Below are positions 27,298-41,064 of a stretch of 61,406 nt of DNA, piece by piece. Source of the DNA: Catajapyx aquilonaris (Eukaryota); NCBI GenBank assembly GCA_000934665.2, contig KZ538156.1, forward strand, positions 62,001 to 123,406, given 5' to 3'. The position numbers and the translations under genes were made by a program. Under the pieces are notes generated by a model. The model was given only the letters and a program-made list of their open reading frames with translations, did not search any database and was not told where the DNA came from. Each line of letters begins with the position of its first letter. Position 1 is the stretch's first letter.

Positions 27298-30200
27298 GTA
27301 AGCCACCTGACCAAACACCACGCCCACTTTAATATCACCTCAACACCCTCCAACTCTCCGGTTCGGAAGGCACAGCACTTCCAGTGGTCACCTCAGTGCG
27401 TCTGGTGACAGTGCATGGTTTCGTTGTTGTGAAGAAGACCTGTGCACCTGTGACCTTTTGCTTGGATACACCCCGCTGGACCATCAGCCAAGGGGGACAC
27501 GTGACGCCACAACGATCATGGAGCCAAGTTTCCCGCACCATTTGGTAGGATTTCATCTTGTTAACTTCAATTCCGAAAAGTGCGGGATCCCAATTGTTGA
27601 GGGAGGGAAATGTGAACGATTGTTGAAAAGTCCCCGCGGAGATTTCAACGGGCGAGTCGGACGGGATCGCGTAGATTTTGGGTGGGAAATTGCGATGACG
27701 ATGCTCGGGCATTGTTGATGTGACTGTCGATGGACATTGTTGACCATATGGAACTCTAGGCCTTCAGCTGGCGTTCCTATAGGTTGATGACTTCAATGCT
27801 TGTGTCGCAAGTGTCACAGTTTGGTTGGGTCAGTCTTTAACGCTAACAGTTTGGCGAATCATTGTCGATGCCAATTGTTGAATTCTGGAAAATGCGTATG
27901 ATGTTGGCACTCTAATGAACTAGTGGGTTTTCCGCTAAACCGTTAAATGCTCATAAAGTACACTTGATTGTGATCGTGGCGACTTCAATAGTCGAATAAT
28001 GCGGTAGCATCAAAGCGGCAATTACACTATAGATATTTATCATTGTTGATCAGCGGTTTCCTACATCTTATCTGCAAACGCGATGTTTTAAACGAGAAAT
28101 TGCGGTGTTTTTATCCAGGGCACCTGCCGTGCTGGCACTTTTTTTGTTTGCTAAATTTTCAACATTTTTCCGGAAAAAAGAACTGGGCACGTGTCCGACA
28201 CAATTTTTTAATTGGGATTTAGTGAAAGCTCAACATTTGTCCACTAAAAGCATCTGTCTAAGTTGAAGCGACCACTTTTTGAACTTTTGTCTTTCTTACC
28301 CGGTTCGGACACTTTTATTATATTACCAGCTGTCAAACAGAGTCCATTGTAATATTCCTTCTGACAAGAACCTGTTGATTTCAGACAGGAATTATTGTGA
28401 CTAGTGCTCAAAATTCATTTAATTATTGGCCTTTTATTGCACTAACTTGTTCAACTCGGTTTTCACAATTCGCATGTCACATATTCGCAAATATGGAATC
28501 ACTTGCGGCAATGTCCAGTTAGGATAAAATCGCATAGTCTATACTGCAACTTGCTTCCTAGATACTTATCATATGTAAAAGTATACACATGCAGCCATGC
28601 TTGCGTTCAAAAAAAATGGAAAACCTAAGCCCGTGATTGACGCCAAAAGCAATTTCTCTAATTAGCGAAAACTGAAAAAATACCCCTGTAATTATCAGGC
28701 GTGACCATTTATATAGCGACTGAAATAGCAAAGCGCAGGTCCCCTCAGGAATTTTCACAAGTTCTATTTTCACTTCCCTTCCAAAGTTTTAAGGCCCGCC
28801 AAAAAAACTGGGTGTGATCTTAAGGCGAGGCCTGGGTAAAAGATGTGCGACCTTCCTGCAAAAACCGGAGCGTGGAAACTGCCATTTTCCATTTTCCAAA
28901 AGCAGCGTCTGCCGCTTGTTCCTTTTGTGGTGTAAAAACCGTGTTTAACTGTGATAACCTGCTCATAAAATTGTGTTAGCATATAAGTGCGGCCAAATTT
29001 AAACTTATACGTAAGAGTTAAAACCTGGCCGTATATACATGGTGACTAAGGGAATCCGTCCGATTGTGGTGAATTAGTTGCGGTGCAATTCATTGTGTCT
29101 CATATTATAAAGTTACATAATTGTGTAGAATTAATCAAGAGTTGATGGTCAAACCTTGTGGAACTTCAAAGCACAGAAAATAGTGGAGTTAATTTTAACC
29201 ATCGGGACATGTGCACGAATTTGGCGTGTCTGGTGCGCGGACTTTATATAAATTTTAAAAGCCGTGCGCGTAATTTTTATGCGGTAAGTCAAGTTGAATG
29301 CTAAGTGTATGACATGAAGCCACTTTTTTAAATATTCGGAAGGCACACATGAAGCTATGCAATATTCTTGGGGCATTCCAAAGTCTTCTTTCTTCTTACG
29401 AAATCTGGGTAATAATTTTAAATGCAATGTCACCTGATACATGAGATCAACCAAGCTCTTTTTCTCTTCAGAAAAAAAAATGCGTATAGGTTTTATGGAG
29501 AATAATATTTTCAATGTGCACCACACGTTTATTAACAATGATTTAATCGACAATATTAGCAGCAATTTTGCTCTGCCATTACATTATTTAAAAATGTAGT
29601 TACAACCTGTTTTAAATGAGAATGATTGCGAAGGGAATGAGCCATTTGATAGTTAAATTAACATGTGCATTGCATCCCATATTCTGAGCTTATTTTCGCA
29701 ATTAACTCGCAATGTCACAATGTACTTCATTACCGGTGATATACAGAAATATCGTGCCGTTATGTATTCTTTCATATTTATATATTCATTCATTCACAAT
29801 ATTATTGCATAATTCTGCGATGTGCAGAACGTCAACAGCCACACCTTTGGCCATAACATTAATACAAAATTTGACGTTCACTAATATGTTATTTCTGCCA
29901 ATATTATAATGTTGCAAAAGCAGCGAATATGAAATTTATTTTTTGATGTAAACTTACCCCGTTCTATAGGATGAGAGCACTAATGGGGAGACTAATATAA
30001 TTCAATAATATGAGATGATAGACCTAACAGTAAACATTATGCAACAATCACGTCTCTCCATCGCAATAGTCATTACATCCACCCTAATAATAATACCTAC
30101 AGTGTGTCCCCTATACATATCGACACAGGTGGAAGGTGGGGGGGAAGCAGGTGAAGTGTATTATGTGAGGGGTGTATGTGTGTAACCCCTAGAAAGAATA

Positions 30201-33200
30201 AAATATGTGGTCATCCACCCCAACAAAACGGGGAGATTCTTCGTGATCCTCTGTGACGCTTTGTTGGCCGACTGTGGTGAAGCGGCAGGCGCGTGATCTT
30301 CTGATAAGAACCCATGGGCGTTGAAGGGCAGGTTGCAAACTCTGGCCCCCTTCTACACCCCCCCTTTCATATTGTAACAGAGAATGAGGCAGAGGTAAAA
30401 AGGATAGGGGTCGAGAGAGAGAGAGAGAGAGAAAAAAAAAACTTGGTACTTCATTTTTCTGCGAGTGTTAGCACGCGTAAGACTTCCTCATTTACAGATC
30501 GGTGGGTTGGCCGGGGGAGTAAGAAGTTAATGGGTAATTTGCCAGCGAGCGTGTTTAAAACAAAAAAAGAGAAGAGGTGCTTGTTTGAAGGTGCAGTAAA
30601 CAAATAGGTTGCGTAATTGTTTCGGTCAGATGCGGTCGGAAGATAGGATCGAAAAAAAGTAAGTTACATTGTTGGTGCGGCCTTATTATTTTTTGGAGAG
30701 AGAGAAAAAATTGATAGTGGCGATGATTGCTCAATTTTGCGTTGCGAAGAGTTCGTGCGTTTCCGTCAATTTTTTTTGTGCGTGTGTATTTAATTTTTTG
30801 AAGAATTTTTTTTGATCAGATTGGCGAGGTAGGTCATGCGCACTTGATTAATTAGCGAAATGGCCATGGCCAATATTTATCATCCGTATATTCGCAAGTC
30901 ATTGTCACTGATGGCCATAGTTGCCTCAGCTCTCCTTAGTAAACCGGTGCAACATTAACTTGAAGCCAGGGATGTTTACGGGTGATATTGTTTTATGTGG
31001 CCTGATGTGATTACAGTAGTTGCGAATCACTGAGGTGTTGGTACAGTTACATCCAAGGGCGTCTACCGAGTTAGATGATACAGATAAGCAACGCAACGAC
31101 CTGTTACTGTATTCCATAAGGGTTCTCTTCGTGTTCATGCGGATTTTCTCGGGGTACACTTTATATTATTCCTGTGTAAGCCCCCCCCAAAAAAACTACT
31201 GGACCACCCACTTCATTAGTCAGATGCAATCAGTGATGGCCACATAAAAATACCGGATATCTAAACTCATATATCGAGAGCCACACACTCTGAATACAAG
31301 TGTACTTTTCTCTCTACAGAATCGTATCTGCAGAAAAAAACAACCTGCTGTTAATGCTAAGTTTTATTTGGCTCTTAATTTTCCCAACTCATGGAATTAC
31401 AACATTGACATGTCACGTATTTAAAGGATGCTTCTGCCTTCTTTTCTTATACGACCTGCTCCGACTGCTGGGAACTAGTTTTCATTCATTGCCCCCCTTG
31501 AGAGCCACCTCGATTAACCTGATGGTTGAGAAGGGTGTTAAGGAGGGGTGTGGGGTGTAAGAGTTGTATATAAAGAGAGATGATAGAAAATGTTTTTTTC
31601 CGTTCCTCCGGTACTTTTCTTTTTACCTCGATCAGCAGCCTTTTTTTCGAACTTTCCACCAACCATTTGCCATCAGCAATCGCTGTTCATGCGGAGAAAC
31701 TTTTTAAAACCGTGCTGCATTTCCTTTTAACTTCATGGTGCTGCTGGGTAGTATCCCATTTCTGGACTTTCTCCGATATATTTTAAAATGGGGGCAAAAA
31801 GTTAATCGGGCGATTAATGTAGTTAGATTATGGCTAAATGATGCGTGTTGGCTAGCAATAATAGATAATGTAGGACACTGAACTAGCCGCTGTAAGGTTT
31901 TTAAAAAATGCATTGTTATAGGCCTATAACTAGTCAAGTAGCCGAATAATGTACTGATGATTAGTTTTTGCCAATATTCCCTGTAGAAACTAAAATAGAT
32001 GTTATTTTTTTACCGGGTTATACGACGTAAAAGAAAGGCTTTGCATTCTATAAATAAACGATTGCACATCGTAATGCCAAGAAACTACAGTAGGTACGTT
32101 ATACATAAAGAAAAACCTATTGTATAAATAAAAATATAAGTACACCACAAAATAAGGGAAGTGACTAATGGCCGATTGCATGATCCACAGTTAAATATAG
32201 AACAATCTGTTAATTAATTGTTTCTGATTTATCAGAATGTACAACCAAATGCAAAATCGACTCCCATCTTTTTTGAGCGATATAGTACCAAATTTTGCAC
32301 ACACAAAAAAATTCGGCCGAGCAGGAAATGAATTTTTGCACGTCACAGGTAGCACATTTGGAAGTGGACTTTGATTGGATCCGCTCCGTTCGAAAAGAAG
32401 CCCAAGTTTTCCCATGTCCAGCGGATCTTTGAGGGCTTGCTGTTTGAGGGTCGTCGGTCTCTTTTTTGCACATTCTCCACCGCGGGGTTAAAAGCTTGTG
32501 GGGGGAATTCAGAATTCGCGGAAAAGTCCGAAAAGAGGTGAGGCCGTGTCTAATGGGGCAAGGCTGTGACTAAAACGAAAGTCCGTCAGGGGCCAACCGG
32601 GCCCTTCGTTTATAACATAGGATCTCAAAATATACACAGGGTGGGCCGATCACTTTTAAAAAAATGTAAGAGAGTGAAAAAAAAACTGATATTGCTTCTG
32701 GGCTTTGCTCGTCAAAGAACCGCCGCTGGTTTTGGATCCTTTGCTTATCAAGTAATGGACAATCCGTGCGTGCCATGTGTTGGCGAAATTGGCCGCCATT
32801 TTTTGGGTGTTTTTTCGACTCATTACTTTTACGGTTTTATTTTACGGGGGCAAACTGGTAGGATTAGCGAAACATTGTAGCGGCTCTTTTCTTTTTGGTG
32901 AAATAACGCTGTGTGTGGCTGAATTCCGGCCCATATGTGTACGTAACATTAATCTACATAAATGGTCTATAATTGTAATGAACGCATCATGAAGAAAAAT
33001 AATGAGACCCGTTTGCACAAATTGCTTAAAAGGCCGGCACTCTTCTCACGTATCGAAATACCGTTGCGCACCTTACGACAGGTGACCACGTTAATTGCTC
33101 ACTTCCGGACGTTAATACTAAAAGTATCCGGGGGGAGGACCACCCCAATCGTCAAGTCGTGATTCGGCCTGACTTTATAGGTAGCCATGACCATTTCTTG

Positions 33201-33481
33201 TCCTGACACTAACTTGAAAGTCCCATTATAGTCCAACGTGTTTTGTTTAGATATTCTCTATTCTGACTGTCCAGTCGAGTGTAAATAAAACATATGACAT
33301 CTGTTTGATTGGTGATCAGTTGGTATACCAAATGACATTCAACTCTTTTAAAAACTGGAAGAAAAAAAAATAAAGCCCCGTTGTAGGGGCTGGCACTATT
33401 TTTGGGCTTACCTTTGTGGCCCAGAAAGGGATTTCGTTATTGACTGCGGGATAGGAAGTCACGTTTGCGGTGTGTTTCCAG

Positions 33482-33579
33482 AGGATTGTAGGTTGCATGA
33501 CGACAAGGGGCAGTGGCCCTCGTAAATCCTACGAGGATAAAAGTTTTGGGGGGTGTTGGAAAAAAGTCCGACCCTCAGG
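33482..33579 (+). CDS. Candidate exon (RIVGC-MTTRGSGPRKSYEDKSFGGCWKKVRPS)
   Basis: Acceptor GTGTGTTTCCAG|, ATG at 33497 and donor GG|GTATGT in phase 2. This is frame-compatible with the candidate at 33975. Confidence 0.25.
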
Positions 33580-33974
33580 GTATGTGTGGACCTTGCTCAG
33601 AATTTTTAATGCTCGCTGTTACGTATAAAAAGGACACGCGACAGGTGACAGTTTTTACCTAAAGGAAAGATGGATGGACGGACGTGATTTTAAGATTTTA
33701 GGACCCCGCCACTTCATTAATTCGGAGGATAGTTGATTAGTCATGCCTGCTTAGGCTTGTTAGACCGATATGGCGACAGGTGGCATATGACACCAAAAAA
33801 GGTTTCGGCCAGATCCATTATGGGGCAGATTTTTAGCATATTTAAATGATCCAAATCGCGTCCGTGGTTGACCCATAGTGTATATCATGGCCATTTTTTA
33901 AAAATCATCTTGAGGTCCTCTTATCCTTCCGCCTGCACGCCAAGCAGTCGTTGATCCCGCTTGGCTTCTTCCAG

Positions 33975-34099
33975 ACCAACGGGGTTCTTCCACCATCTGT
34001 CGCGCGGAAGCCACCACTCTTCTTCAGGAGGTCCTCCTCCACCTCCACCACCATCCAAACCTTCGAATCCCTACCTTGACCCAAACTTTACCGCTGCTG
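33975..34099 (+). CDS. Candidate exon (PTGFFHHLSRGSHHSSSGGPPPPPPPSKPSNPYLDPNFTAA)
   Basis: Pyrimidine-rich acceptor TCCCGCTTGGCTTCTTCCAG| and donor CTG|GTGTGT. The poly-Pro is encoded by mixed CCT/CCA codons rather than a pure repeat. Phase 2 to phase 1. Confidence 0.35.
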
Positions 34100-35579
34100 G
34101 TGTGTGTACCATGATGGAATGCCCCCGAAGACAGACATCATATGGCGGAAACAAAAAAAAATATTGTTAACATGACAACTTTCATTAATCGACCGGTTGG
34201 TAAACAATGAGGAATAAATTTGCCGGAACGATCTTCTTATATAAAATGTTTGTCGGTTTGCTTGTACCCATTTCAATGGGTCCATCCGGATCATACTGAC
34301 AACTACTGTAGTCCTCAAGTTTCTGAAGGGCCCTCCAAACTTTGAAGTTGATGGCTTCCAACTCTCCAAGAGGGGAAGGGCAGGAAGAACCGTCATCTGG
34401 TTATCAAGGCCTCAAATCGTGCGCAATTCGTTCGTTTCTTGGTTTGACCCTCCCCTTATTCTTTTTCCTAACCGAAAAAAAGGGGAACCGATAGCTCACT
34501 GTAAGACTTGCAAGATATTGTTAAGACTGAGAGAGGTAGGGGAGGGCAAAGCAGTAGCCAGTTGTCTCACGGTCATATCCGGTGGGAGGGTTACAAACTG
34601 GAAGGGAAATTGCACGGTGGGTTTTTGGAGGAACAACTGGCGCCCCCTGGGGGTGGTTAGATTTAAAAAACATTTTCTCAAGAAGTCGGTTAGTCCGGTG
34701 TTGAAGGTCAAGACGGTCGGGCAAGAGCCGCCAACTATAGTGTGAGTAAACAGTTTCTGTAATTGAATGCATTTTTGTGTCATTGTTAAGATATTTTGAG
34801 CACCATGGGCGACCCATCGAGGTGTGGAACTGTGGTCCCCACCGTCCTGCCCCATTTAAACATGGCTTAATCAGGGGGCTTACAAGTTGTTTAGACGTCA
34901 CGCTGCCACCTCTCTTTGTTGCGTGCCCTCCATATTGTGCAGGGTATAAAAAATGTGGGCAACAGGTATATTTCCCACGAGGAGCCCCTCCCCGTGTCTA
35001 CATTATAGGCGATCAATGCTGAATTCCGATAGCACCCCAAGGGGGAATATGCCCAAAAACCGGGGACCGTTATTATTCGGGAGACCCCTTGATTGTGGGT
35101 TTGCTTGGCGCTAATGGTGGAGTCTTTTGCCACTGTAAACGGCAAGGTCCGCCCGTTCGACAGCCCCCTCTGGTACCTGCCTTTTGTGGTGGTAAATCGC
35201 TTGGTTCAAAGTCTCCGGAGGACGTCCACCTTCCGGAGGATTCCCATCTACACGTCAAAGGATGTCCCGTCGCCGCCAATCAAACGGTGTGGCATAATGG
35301 AAGGGAGACTTCCATACACACGCCGCATATGCATGTACAATGTGTATTCAACTCGGTGCTCTAATTGATCCGGATGCTTCAGGGTGTACGTAACGATCAT
35401 GAGAAAGTTGAGGAAAAGATGTAGACATGAAGGGGTGAGATCCAATTAATTTCATATGTGACCATGTGTGAATGTAATATCAGAATGATCACACATTATC
35501 ATAATTCGTATGGAAAATTTTGCATGAATACAGAGTGACTTCAATGCTGGTATGTAACCCGAGCCAGGAATATAACCCG

Positions 35580-35738
35580 GTGCCAAAATTTGGCAAAACC
35601 TATGGCAGTGACAATCAAACAACTTTAATGAGATGGCCCGCCGATTTACCACGTAGTACTATTTTTTCCGCATAGATGGCGCCACACTGCCACACTCAAG
35701 TCGTGCAGACATCCGACGGAGAGAATATGCCTATTAGG
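35580..35738 (+). repeat. Dispersed repeat, copy 2
   Basis: Collinear with 23654-23861, with internal deletions. Confidence 0.85.
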
Positions 35739-36706
35739 AGACATATTTGTTGAAAATTGTAAAGGATATGCACCTCATGGTACATTGAAATGCGACAAGT
35801 GCTCTAGGCATTGCGTTTGTGGGGCCATCGTAACTTGTCTGGCTGACATTTTATGCGACGCGATGCCTTATGCCCAGATCTTTATCTGGCAATAAAAAAT
35901 ATTGAGAGCAGAACAGTTTTTGTGCCCAAAACTAATTAACAAGTCGGTCATGATTCTTTGGAACAGACTTAATTAACAAACCGTAGGCAAATTAGTCATG
36001 GCCTTTTTTTCCACCATCCCATCCATCTGTCGTCACTCGAAAAAGCCGCCCTCTTTTTGTCTCCAAAAAAACCCCCACGTCCTTAGTAATTTGGTGTGGC
36101 TTCTTTGATTTTTGTCGGATCCTCTCCACCTATAGCAAACATGTCCTTCTTTTCATTGAAATCCCGCGCGATGTTATTTGGTTCGGAGGGTTGTTTTTGC
36201 CCGTCGCAGCAGCCCCAGCAAAGGCAGGGTCCCACGTTGCTCCTCATAATTGGGCATTGTGTGCTTCCAGTTGACGTCCGGCCGCCATGATTCATCCGTT
36301 GCAGGGCCGAAAGAGATAGAGGAAGTCCAGGCGAGGATGCCACACTTACCGATACCCTATCAAATTGGGTGGGCCTCCCCCAAGCAAAAAGAGCCTTGAC
36401 CACTGAGGAAGTCATGAGTAGGTGGGGAGAATTTTTCGTGCACAAGAAATGAAAGTAGAGTACAGTGCACAGCATCAGCCTTCCTAAACACGTTAATCAA
36501 TCTAGGGTGTTATGCAACGCACGGATCGTAATCGACACGTGGGTTGCATCACAAGGCAACACTGGGACACACTGTGGGAAACAAAAAGTTTGATTTCTTA
36601 TTGTCACTGTCAGTCGCAAAGCTACACTGTACGTTTTAGGGCCAAAGAGGCGGAAATGTCACACAATAGTGAGATTCATCACTTTTAAGTGCCAAAATGT
36701 CCTACT

Positions 36707-36776
36707 GCGCATGTCTACTGCGCATTGATGCCGCGCATGTCTACTGCGCATTGATGCCGCGCATGTCTACTGCGCA
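36707..36776. repeat. 26-bp perfect tandem repeat, about 2.7 copies
   Basis: GCGCATGTCTACTGCGCATTGATGCC at 36707 and 36733, with a partial copy at 36759. Confidence 0.95.
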
Positions 36777-39435
36777 ATATGATGACATTTCAGCGCACTG
36801 TTGGGATAGATTACATGCGTGGGTGTACTGTATAAAAAACCATCTTATCCTCATGACATCATGGCCGTTTTAACCGCTTAATTTACAGGCCTTAACCAGT
36901 GCAACACGTTCAAAACTTCCGGCCCGCACCACCAACGTTATTACACTCTCCGCTGTCATTTCCATCAAAAAAAAAAGATGAGCCGGTACCTTCTCACGTG
37001 ATACTTTACAAAGACAAAGACTGTCTTCTGACAGTACCGACAGTAATAAAGCACGATGCGTTATGTTTTAACATTCCCGTATAGAGGGTGTCCCCCTGCC
37101 GTTTTGACGCGCGACAGTATTGTGACCCCCACGGTCGTCAATCATCCGGCTTACGAGTGTGTGCCGGAAGAAAAGAAGAAGTGTCTCGAGGACGCATTAG
37201 AAAGAACGTATCTTTATAAAGAGGAGGAAAAATAACACTGAACTTTGTGCGCACAACATTGAAGAGAAGGCTCTCCTAACACTACTCGAGACTCTTTTCA
37301 CCGACTTCACCTCGGGCTATTTCCCACACCTGCTCGTGGTTTTATTGTCTCCATTTTGCCTTGAGAGGGCCTGTGGGATCGAGGCTCTCCAGGGAGGAAA
37401 GGATAACGTTTTGGACAGCCCTGTCTAAAAAACTATAGTGGACATTACTTCCCAAATGAATGATGCGTGTTGTTCGGTTTCTTGGGTTAATCTTAGAACA
37501 AGGAGTGGTTTTTGGAGGTGGTGTGTTTGGAAGGTAGAGGGGCTCCTCTTTTTTTGTTGTTGTTTCTTGTATGGCAGATGGTCAGCGCCTTTTCCTGGGC
37601 TTCTTGGACCCCTCCTAACTAACTGTTGCGTTGAGGGTGTTCAGTCATATTTCAAGGCGACTTATCTGAGCTCATTTATTTTACATACATGCACTTCTGG
37701 TGGATGCATTTTAACGGTCATTTGTACGGTACACGCCTGAAAATTATGCGCCCAGTGCATATTTTCATGCACCTAGTGCATACTTTCATGTATAGCATAT
37801 GACTGTACTAGTACATGCACTGCACTATGAACTGCATTTTTATGCACTGGACTGTGTACTGCATATCTTTATGCAGCTTAATAAATTTTTTTATGCAGGA
37901 AAATAAACAAATATTTTTATTCACTTACCTGCGTAAAAGTTGATTCGCCTACGTGAAATTTGCAGGAAAATGCATGCGGATAATTTTATGCTCTGACTGG
38001 ATTATGCACATATAATCCAGTCGGCGCATAAAATGATCAGTCAAGATGCATAGTTTTATACACTGCAGACAACTACATGAACATACTTCCTCGTAATGCT
38101 GTGACCATGAATAATAATTTTCTGCCATGGGTGACCATAAAGTAAATAGTTTTTGCACATTTTGCAAAATTTTAACTGCATTAAAACACGCAATCTGCAA
38201 AAACCTTTTAATGAACTTTTGAGTGTAGGCTACATCAATACAATAACTTATTCGTAAATTTTCCAGTTACTATTCGCGTGGTTTCGTTTTCTTTATAGAA
38301 ATGGAAACTAGGTTACAATCCGGTCATGTCGTGGAAAGTTTCAGCAAATCTATAAATTAAGCTGCCGGTTTTACGATGTCCTTTTTTTCGAGCATGGTTA
38401 TCAATACATTTCGAGAAATTAGCACGTCAGACTCCCTTCCCCCTACCGTGTAACAAATGCTGTAAGATTGCAAGGTTTGATACGGTTGGCCCATTTAATT
38501 AGCAGCTTCCTCCAGGGGGGGCGCAACAACAGGGTTGTTGATGTAGAGAGGTCGGAATCGTGATTCCATCTTTCTGGGAAACTTTAGCAGGTGCAAATCA
38601 CTCCACTTCAAGCTGCTCTCCCAACACCTGTGTAGGGATGATTAAAAGGATGATTGGCCATTTCCTAATAAAAGTTCCCTCCTAGCTGCTGCCCCCGCCG
38701 CCTTCGACTTCCTACCAACGGACAAAAAGGGGGCCATCAGACAGACCTTTGATTATACCTGACTTTCTTTCAGTTGCCAAAAAAAGGTGGTCGCCAAAAC
38801 ACACTGGGAACTGAAAACGGGGGTAACCCCTTCTCTATAATGGCTCGACAATAGCTGATTGAGTCCTCCTCGTTTTATTGGCCTCCGGACGACCGTTACT
38901 TCTGAAATTATATGGAATTAAGAATCATCAGTCCATTCCCCCTTCAGCTTCCCCACCTTACACGCATGGGAGACATTGTAAAGTTTCCCTCGCTTTAAAT
39001 ATAATAAAATTTGGTGCTACAATTTCCGGATATATTTTCGCACACTTGTTGTTATCGCAGTTTTTAAAGGTATCACTCACACTTTGTTGTGAACGTTGTG
39101 GGCCGATGGCGTGTTTTACGTTGCTTTAAATATTTATTGGTAAATGATGCTGCACCATTTACATTTTGTCTTTACATATCATTTACATTTACGTCCTCTT
39201 ACTCGCATGAGTTCTTTTCTAAATACAGTAATTTTAATTCCATTTGATATTCAGTCCATTGGATTGTTGAAAGTGCTGAAATCGACTGGTAAAAGACAGA
39301 ATTGATCTAATGAGTAGAAAGGAAACTACTAGAGAGAAACTATAGAGTGAAAAGGGTGAAACACCACTCAATCTAATAAAGATGACCACTCTTCTGACCA
39401 CCCCAATTTCATGTTAGTAAAGTTAATCGAGCTTT

Positions 39436-39671
39436 AACTGAACGGTGTCATCCAATAATGTGTCAACCCACAAAAAATGTCGAAATGGAGTTACGCCCAG
39501 GAACATATCCCTAAAGAATCGTACTTCATTCAGCTAAAAATCAAGCTGGCGAAATCTGCATACCTCTGCCACAAGGACACTGAATTAATTTCACATGTGT
39601 GGCGTCCAAATATCATTTACTCAAAACTGTTCTCATGTGGGTTGACTCATAATTGCATAACACCATCAAAC
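39436..39671. mobile_element. MITE, older copy of the 40864-41064 family
   Basis: Shares AACCCACAAAAA(A)TGTC, GCCCAGGAACATA, AAAATCAAG, GACACTGAATTAATTTC and AACTGTTCTC.TGTGGGTTGACTCAT. The TIRs are eroded. Confidence 0.8.
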
Positions 39672-39957
39672 TCATAACACTACCCTAATCTACCATTTCC
39701 GAATTATAACTAAGCGAATAATTATGTTAATATTTGTATGCAAAATGTTAGTAGTGTGGATATCAAGTGACTTTGCGTGCTGTTTGTTTGTTTGTTTTGT
39801 TTTGTGTCGCAACAATATGAGACATTTATAACTCATTCTCTTCTTTCCTTTCCAGTGGTGGCGGCGTTTCTGAAGAGTCCCCACAAAACAAGCTGTAACC
39901 ATTTTTCGAGAAAGTACGAGTTGTGAGCTCTTTGACTCACCCTCTCCTTCGCCACCT

Positions 39958-40057
39958 ATGATTACCATGGAGATCCCTCCTCATCCAATGCCTCCTCAGG
40001 CAGGGGTGACACAAACATCCATGATGCACGGCGTGTCGGAGGAGCCCAAGAAGAAAC
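39958..40057 (+). CDS. Probable first coding exon of an unidentified gene (exon 39856-40057): MITMEIPPHPMPPQAGVTQTSMMHGVSEEPKKK plus a phase-1 intron
   Basis: Very strong acceptor CTCATTCTCTTCTTTCCTTTCCAG| at 39855/6 and an in-frame upstream stop at 39871. ATGs are in good context (GCCACCTATG, ACCATGG), the donor is consensus AAC|GTGAGT, and the peptide looks protein-like with a basic C-terminal cluster. Confidence 0.6.
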
Positions 40058-40863
40058 GTGAGTAGAGGCTAATGGCCATCATTGCCTTCTTCTTCTTCTA
40101 TCCTTTTTAGTTGGTGGACACCTTTCGCGCTAACTAGTCGTGAATTTGTCATTTGGCGCGACTTGTTTAGGAACTGAAAAGACTTCTGTATTTGGACTCA
40201 CGTAACCAGTGTCAGGCATGGGACATTTTTCGGCTGGGTCTCACGAGGACAGTGAGAGTTTGTCGTGAATGTCTGCGTCATTAGATTTTGACGTCATCGC
40301 ACGCAACCGTTTACAACTATACCCCGGGATTTTTAGCTTCGGGAGCATAAAGTGATTACCTTTTTTTTTCATCATTTTTAGAGAGAAGGGAAGTTACCGC
40401 CTACTCTTCGAGAGAGAACATGTCGCAATTTTTGGGGTCTCGAGCCCGTCGTGTATCGAACCCCAACAAAAGAGTTGGGGGGGGGGGGATAAAAAGAATG
40501 ACAAATTCCAATTCTCTTCCCTTTCACTCTGATAATGTCTGTTTGGTACGAAAACCATTACGTTCTAGCACCAGTGAAAGCTCAAGTTCCTTTTTCTGGA
40601 CGCAACAAGAAGTTGTTGCTTTTCTCTTTTTTTCCCCTTTTGGGCTTCCGCGCGCGGTGGGTGGAGGTCGTGGATCAGGACGCGACAAAAAAAAATACCC
40701 TGCGTCATGACTGATGTTCTGAGAAGAAAGAGTCAGCAAAGTGATACCATTGTTGAAGAAACTGGGTGGTTGAAGGCAAAAGTGTTTGTTGCGTCAACTC
40801 AAATTGTGGCGATTTGACTTTACCGATTCATAATCCTTATTTTTTTATTTAATTTCCATCTTT

Positions 40864-41064
40864 AATTGGACGGCGTTATGCAATAATGGGTTAAACCCAC
40901 AAAAATGTCACAATTAGGTTAAGCCCAGGAACATACTTAATTCAGTTAAAATCAAGGTGGCGATAAATGATCGAAAATGACACTGAATTAATTTCGCAGG
41001 TGTGATATTCAAATCCAACTGTTCTCGTGTGGGTTGACTCATTATTGCATAACACTGTCCAATT
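40864..41064. mobile_element. MITE with about 36-bp TIRs (superfamily uncertain)
   Basis: AATTGGACGGCGTTATGCAATAATGGGTTAAACCCAC versus the reverse complement of the right end, AATTGGACAGTGTTATGCAATAATGAGTCAACCCAC. Confidence 0.85.

Noticed and set aside
36571..36605. Su(H) paired site resembling the HES1 promoter element
   Set aside because: The first site TGTGGGAA is good, but no TTCYCAC second site lies at the required spacing.
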